Shown piece after piece: positions 58,106 through 64,000 of a stretch of 64,000 nt of DNA. The stretch lies in assembly GCA_964016885.1 (NCBI GenBank), contig OZ024742.1:85312001-85376000 (forward strand). The letters are read 5' to 3'. Every line of letters begins with the position of its first letter. The first letter of the stretch is position 1. The notes below the pieces were generated by a model. It made no database searches. It was not told where the DNA came from and saw only the letters and a list, made by a program, of their open reading frames with translations. The position numbers and the translations under genes are program-made. Origin of the DNA: Eledone cirrhosa. Its lineage: Eukaryota.

Positions 58106-60184
58106 TTACCGTACTTTTGGTAGAGGAGGGATGGTTTTTACATCCCTTTTCACTTGATCGTCTGGTGAAGGGTCCGTTGAATCGTCCCTTCGGCTGGTCG
58201 TCGTCTCTTCTAAGAGAATGTCTGAGTATACTCTTCGATTGATGGTTCCTCCTAGGTCCCTGAAATCACCAACTGCGTTGGGGAATTTCGTTTTAATGTT
58301 TGTGTATTGTTTCTGTGCTATTTTTAGCAGTCTTATGTTAGTTGGCGTTTTGATTGGTGCTGGTATTATGTAGTCCTGTTGTGAAATGTCTGTGTGTTCA
58401 ATTATGTAAGTCATTAGTTTCTTGTTGTGTGTATTTATTGCCGTGCATTTGTTTTTCTGGGGGTGGGGTGTGGTTCTACTATTTTCTTGTCGTTGTTGCT
58501 GGGTGTGTGTGTTTTGTTGTTGTGTTTGCGATGTTGGTGCTTGTGGTGGTGGTGTTAAATGTGTTGTTGGCGGTGGTGATGGTGGTGCTAGTGTGGGTGG
58601 TGATGGTGTTGGTGTTGTTGCTGCTGTGGGTCTCTTTGCAGTAGACTTTACCCTTTTCTCATTTCTTTCCTCCCTTTTCAAAGGCGACGATGCGCTGCTT
58701 CTGCGTTTGTGCCTTCTTACGACCTTTTGCCATCTCTCTCCCACCTCACACTCCATGTCTGATTCTGTGAGGTCGGGGAGGGGTACCAACTCCAATCTTT
58801 CACTTGTTGTTGTTGGTGATGTTTGCACTGGAGTCTCTGTTGCAGCTGCATTTGGTATTGCTGTTGTTGTTGTTAGTATTTCCACTGCTGCTGCTGTTTT
58901 TGATTTCCGTGGAGTGGGTATGGGTGCCACGGGCCTATCGTTCCTGGTTGCCGCTTGTCCTGTTGCTGGTAGCCGTGGAGCCGGATTCGGAAGGAGGGGG
59001 GTTTTCTCCTTTCTCAGGGTCTTCTCGTTGCAGAAGGCCCTGAGGTGAGTCTTCGATCCACAGCGAAAGCATTTCGGGCGTTTGCCCTCAACACTTATGG
59101 GCAGTTGAGTGCCGTTATCGAAGTCTATCACATCCGGGATAGCTTCGATGCACTCCTGGTTGGTTTGGATTAGCATCTCAATGGAGGAGCCGACCCAATC
59201 TTCTCTTACTTTTTTCTGTACTTGCAGTACAGTTGTTTTGTCCTCGATTCCGACGAGGACAGACGCGGCCAGCCAAGAAGGGGTTATTCCGGGGGGGACG
59301 TGGGTCAGTTTGACCCTCACAATTTTTTGCCCACAGTAGGAGGGCACCAACACCATTTCCTCGCTCCTTAGGGTCACTACTGATTGGGCCTTTGCCTCCT
59401 GGGGTGTGGCAAAAAGTACGTCTACGGTGGCATATTTTTTGCCTCGGGTGATGTGCGTTTTCCGCTGCCACACAGACCCCAAGGCTTTTTGTATTTGGGC
59501 CTCTGTGGCTCTTTCCACCCTACGGGATTTTGTACTTACTGTACGGTACGTGACCGTACAGTGCTCTTGGGTTTCGAAAAAATTTTTCGCTGCCTTGCAG
59601 ATTGCTCGGTGTCCGTTCTTTGTCACCATCTTCTTCGCTTCCTCTAATTCCTCATTTGTTATGAGGATTGTTTCCAAGTTTTTCGCAATACCTGCAAATG
59701 AGATTGGTTTTTCTCTGCTGTTGTTGTTGTCGTCAGAGCTGCTGGTACTTTTGTTGCTGCAGGTACTACGACTACTGCCTCCGCCGCTGTTGCTGTGGTT
59801 GTTGTTGGTGTTGCTGCTGCTAATGATGTTGTTGTTTATGCTGCTGGTGATGCTGTTGCGGCTGCTACTGTTGTTTTCATTGTCACTGTTGCTGTTGTTA
59901 TTACGGCTGCTACTGCTATTATTCCTGACGTCAGACGAATGAACTGGGTTTTCGTATTTCCCGCACACCTGTTTCGTCGCTGTCGTCGTCGTCGTGGAGA
60001 AACCTTGCACGCTTTGCACGAGACTTTTCTTTTCTTTCGTCGCTTGCGAAAGAGAAGGGAGGGAGAGAGACACATTTAAAGAAGGGAGGGAGAGAGACAA
60101 TCTTCTCTCTGCTGTAGTGATGATTGAGGAAGAAGAAGACGGAATGAGTGGGAGTGACGTATGAAATTTCTTTTTGGTAGCCAT
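58106..60184 (-). CDS. Tx1 ORF1
   Basis: Open frame; first ATG at 60184; CCHC knuckle; differs from the sister copy by a short in-frame indel in the Pro-rich tract. Confidence 0.88.
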   Translation of the reverse strand: MATKKKFHTSLPLIPSSSSSIITTAERRLSLSLPSLNVSLSLPSLSQATKEKKSLVQSVQGFSTTTTTATKQVCGKYENPVHSSDVRNNSSSSRNNNSNSDNENNSSSRNSITSSINNNIISSSNTNNNHSNSGGGSSRSTCSNKSTSSSDDNNNSREKPISFAGIAKNLETILITNEELEEAKKMVTKNGHRAICKAAKNFFETQEHCTVTYRTVSTKSRRVERATEAQIQKALGSVWQRKTHITRGKKYATVDVLFATPQEAKAQSVVTLRSEEMVLVPSYCGQKIVRVKLTHVPPGITPSWLAASVLVGIEDKTTVLQVQKKVREDWVGSSIEMLIQTNQECIEAIPDVIDFDNGTQLPISVEGKRPKCFRCGSKTHLRAFCNEKTLRKEKTPLLPNPAPRLPATGQAATRNDRPVAPIPTPRKSKTAAAVEILTTTTAIPNAAATETPVQTSPTTTSERLELVPLPDLTESDMECEVGERWQKVVRRHKRRSSASSPLKREERNEKRVKSTAKRPTAATTPTPSPPTLAPPSPPPTTHLTPPPQAPTSQTQQQNTHTQQQRQENSRTTPHPQKNKCTAINTHNKKLMTYIIEHTDISQQDYIIPAPIKTPTNIRLLKIAQKQYTNIKTKFPNAVGDFRDLGGTINRRVYSDILLEETTTSRRDDSTDPSPDDQVKRDVKTIPPLPKVR

Positions 60185-60418
60185 GTTTTTTTGTTTAAAA
60201 TGAAATTTTGGGTACAAAACCCCAATAACTGGTTATTTAACCCCGAAGGGCCAAATAACGGACAGAAAGACCCCTCTCACGAGGAGGAGGGTGTCTTTAT
60301 CAACAATTTGGTTCAAGTTTTAAACAATTTACAATTGTTTTAACGGTTAAAAATTACTATACCTTACAGAGCCGAGCCTCCGTCAACCATGGCATTCAAT
60401 AATAATAATAATAATAAT

Positions 60419-61413
60419 AGGTCTTATCAGCATAGAGGACTGTGTTCAGATGGAGAAAAACAACCTATACAAATACGTGATTGATAGTAAGGAGCCAATG
60501 CTCAGAACTGTACTGAAGGAGGGGACAGTAGGCCAGGGGATGTCCAAGGAGGAAATAACATGAAGGAGAAAGAGCAGCCTTCAGGGAAAATCCATTCATA
60601 GTACCTTCTTTGAGAAAACTGAATTTAGAGATCCACAGACATGGAACTGGTTGAGAAGAGGAGACCTCAAAAAGGCTACAGAATGAATGTTAATGGCTGC
60701 GCAGGAGCAGGCCCTCAAAACGAAGTGGTTGAAACACCATATTTACAAGGAGGAGGCTAGCCCACTGTGCAGGATCTGTGGAGAGAGAGAGGAGACTGTG
60801 GCTCACATTGTATCCGACTGTAAACACCTAGCCCAGACCCACTATAAGGGCTGGGGACATGATGTGATGGGCAGAGGGATCCACTGGCACATGTGCAAAG
60901 TAAACAATTTACCACCTTCTGAGAAATGGTATGAGCATAGGCCAGAGGCGGTGATGGAGAACGATCAGGTGAAGGTGCTGTGGGATTTTAGGATACAGAC
61001 GGACAAGAAACTGGAACACAATAGACCTGACCTGGTGGTTGTGGACAAAGAAAAAAGAGCGTGTCTGATTGTGGATGTGGCCTGCCCATTCCACAAGAGA
61101 GTGCAAGAGAAGAAGAGGGAGAAAATTAACCGATACCAAGACTTAAAGTGGGAGGTAAAAAGGATTTGGAACTGCCATGAAGTCAAAGTGATCCCGATTG
61201 TCATAGGCGCACTGGGGACTATCTCCAAAAGTTTCCAGGGATGGTTAAAGAAAATCGGCCCCTTCACGCTTTTTGGAACGCTTCAAAAGGCATGCTTGCT
61301 TGGAACAGCAAGAACCCTCCGATACGTCCTGAATATCTGAGGTTGCAGGTAGTGGCTTGATATTCATTACAACGGACTTTCCAGTTAACCAACATCAATG
61401 ACTGAGATTCAAG

Positions 61414-61414
<1 letters not shown>
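60419..61414 (+). mobile_element. ~1-kb 3' fragment of R4/Dong family A, with stops
   Basis: Starts at RGLISIEDC, contains the CCHC and RLE motifs and the 3' UTR, and has (AAT)n on both sides. Confidence 0.92.
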
Positions 61415-61449
<35 letters not shown>

Positions 61450-61539
61450 TAATAATAATAATAAATGTCTTCTAATCGATGTATCGTTGCACACATTCAG
61501 AATATATCTATCAATCGCATGGTGAAACTAAATATAGAT

Positions 61540-61810
61540 AACTAATCCTAACCCGAATTTGGATGATGGAAACCGAATCACTACCTATACTAGCAGGTGC
61601 TCTGGGAATAATAAACGACACCCAGACAGATATATAACCAAACGCCAAGGACGTAAAATAACATACCGTATACAGCAATAGAAATACTAGACTAGAATGT
61701 TACTCTTAATACAATAGAAACAAAACCACACAAGTACACACTGCACATATCAATGGCATAAAAAGCTGCGCTCAGTAGTGCAGGGACGATGCGCCATAAA
61801 TGTATGACTA
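61540..61810 (+). mobile_element. Very old 3' remnant of another R4/Dong-like family
   Basis: CTACCTATACTAGCAGGTGCTCTGGGAATAATA translates to LPILAGALGII (compare IPIVIGALGTI). Ends in TAATAATAAT. Confidence 0.5.
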
Positions 61811-63477
61811 ATAATAATTATCATCAGCGATAATAATTGATTTTCTAATATTTTTGAAGAGCTACTTTTTATCCAGCGCTTTGCATCGCTTCGAAAATTA
61901 AGTACTTTACATTCAATGTTGTTACATTCATAACTGAAAGTCTTAATCTTCTAATTTGGATTGGAATTTGGTTCTAGGTCTTTCTTCAAGATCCAGAGTT
62001 AGATTCTTCATAGCAACAACTGGACAATTGCTTCTGTACATAGGGTATATTACCAGATTCTTTCTATGCTATTATTTATAGCAATAGACTTTATTTGTAA
62101 TTATTTCTGCTTTGGAGTTTCTTAAATTTTCTGTGCTAAATCATACAATTGCTGATGTTAATGATGATTTATTTTATTGGCGAGAAAAACAAAATATGGC
62201 GCCAATACAAGCCGTAAACATCACTGTTTATGAACCTCACCGAATAAACGAAAGGGAAGAACGTTGGTATGATAATATGAATTGTAGTAAATATTCATAA
62301 TCGCAATTGCACATGATAACAAATACCAAGTTCGCTTTTTTCCTTCTGATTACTTCGTGAGAGTAGATTGATTCTGCACCTTCAATTTCATCTTTTATAA
62401 AACATAATGGAATGCAGCAACTCCCACTTAAAACTACGTACTATCTCAAATATGACATGAAAAAGTTGTTGAGGGTTTGGCCAACGAGAAGGTTTCTCCT
62501 CCTCAAAACATTTAGAAGTGTCCAGCAAAAATCTTCCTTAGGCGTAACTACCAGGAAGATATATTAGCTTCCCTGCCATCTAAATGGTAGAAGCTCATTA
62601 TTTTACAAATCAGGTGTACTGAACTATAGCATACAGCACATTTCTGTTGCATTGTGTGCCACTTGAATATGTCCGGCTTTTGTTACTTCGTTTCCTGTAG
62701 ACTTTGAATAGAACTCGTTGTGCCCTCTATAGGAATGCCATTCCGAGTAATTTTTCTCCATAATCTTCGGCCTCAAATTATTCTAGAATAGGCGGTTCAG
62801 ATTTTCCTCGCCAAATCACAGATGAAAAATATATCTAAAATAATCAATATTCAAAGGAGGAAAGAGAGCATTTGTTGTCGGCTAGGGGAAAAAAAATCAT
62901 AGGAAGTCAGATATAGAGATAAAAAATAAAACAAAATGTTTAAGGTGGATAAATAAATATATATAAAAAAAAACAATTAATCAAATGAATTACTGGATGG
63001 GGTTACTTGACTTTGACTGCGTCAGTATTTTGTCACACATATTAGTCGTCTCTTAAGCTATTTATTTAATTATATTTTATGCTTGATTTTACTTAATTTC
63101 CGAGAATTGATTTGGTTCGATATCAATAAATATAATTATGTCTGTGACCCTGTATATAACCTTATGCGCACTACTCTATTCCAAACCTCGTAAATAAGAT
63201 GGATGCATACAGGATATTTTCCCAGTTATAGACTGGTAAGGCCCACTGATCCGAAGGAGTAAACGAGAAGATTTCACCGTAACGGCATATATACGAATCT
63301 GAGAGAGACGGTATCCAAAACAATAATATAACAGTAAGGGAATATCAAAGCATACCTACACAACAAACATAACATTCCCTGACAATGATGCATTCATTTC
63401 TAATGTTTGGAGTAACAGCGTTGGAATTTGTTGTCAAATAGTTTTCTGTCTTTATATAATATATATCTCCTAATAAT

Positions 63478-63608
63478 TGTTTCTACTTTAGGCACAAGGC
63501 CAGCAATTAACCAGTGCATTACTGGTACTTTATTTTATCGACCCCGTAAGGATGAAAGGCAAAGTCAACCTCGGCGGGATTTGAACTCAGATCGTAAAGG
63601 GACGTAAC
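63478..63608 (-). mobile_element. 5'-truncated tRNA-derived SINE with an 18-bp target-site duplication
   Basis: Pol III B-box GTTCAAATCC (minus, 63586-63577). TSD TATATATCTCCTAATAAT at 63460-63477 and 63609-63626. Resembles an abundant Octopus SINE (from recollection, not a database match). Confidence 0.82.
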
Positions 63609-64000
63609 TATATATCTCCTAATAATGGGCATCCATTGCGGGGTCGATGTAACTTTACCAAAATAATTTGATTTAATAGATACATATATGAGAACCACAT
63701 ACTTCAAGTCAACGTTTCTGTAAGAATTCTCTTGCTGTCAGTTGATAACTTCTCTCACTGATATGTTTTCGTTCCAGCAATTTACAGCAGCGCAGCATAC
63801 AATTAACATATGGGCAACCATTCAAATGTAGTTTGAACATGAATATGTCATCGCCATATGTATTTTCAAATTCTTCATATATTTATATCTAGCAAATATA
63901 AATCTTGTAATTGCCCCTGCATTTATTTCCTCTGAATATGATGTGTAAAATTGAATATGTAGTTTCAAATGATTTGAAAACCGGTTTTCCTACTTGGAAT

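Larger units (their letters stand above)
54389..60397 (-). mobile_element. Full-length, fully intact Tx1-clade element, family X (potentially active)
   Basis: Both ORFs are open. Flanked by (AAT)8 and (AAT)7. Head-to-tail with 48341-54364. Confidence 0.95.

Noticed and set aside
6152-61463. CRISPR-like or telomeric array interpretation
   Set aside because: The units between repeats are kb-sized retroelements, there are no cas genes, the repeat is not TTAGGG-like, and ordinary sequence lies on both sides.
61850-63450. Possible decayed DNA-transposon fragments or a host exon
   Set aside because: No terminal inverted repeats, TSD or protein motif could be confirmed by eye.

Overview
AT-rich, microsatellite-rich eukaryotic DNA. 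It is probably cephalopod/Octopus, inferred from recognition of the SINE family and not confirmed. No host gene is detectable. The window is a retrotransposon nest partitioned by microsatellite. (1) 1-5.7 kb: short Penelope-like (PLE) foldback/pLTR elements sit in (TA)n, and most carry hammerhead ribozyme motifs, several with non-canonical cores. (2) 6.2-61.8 kb: a chain of about 14 non-LTR elements sits almost entirely in (AAT)n runs. R4/Dong-clade RLE elements read with AAT on their sense strand; two are full-length with intact 1130-aa ORFs. Tx1-clade APE elements and a tRNA-derived SINE read with ATT on their sense strand; one Tx1 copy is fully intact. Notable observations: (a) the unrelated R4 and Tx1 elements share a homologous 5'-terminal ~100-nt module; (b) a conserved splice-donor motif overlaps the Tx1 ORF1 stop, and a 52-53-nt intron would fuse ORF1 in frame to ORF2; (c) the SINE shares the Tx1 3' tail, target and orientation and has an 18-bp TSD ending in TAATAAT; (d) R4 tails carry inherited AAC variants, suggesting the elements seed their own target; (e) the R4 5' UTR has a covarying pseudoknot-like fold at the ATG and tandem monomers homogenised within each element. 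All alignments and folds were made by eye.
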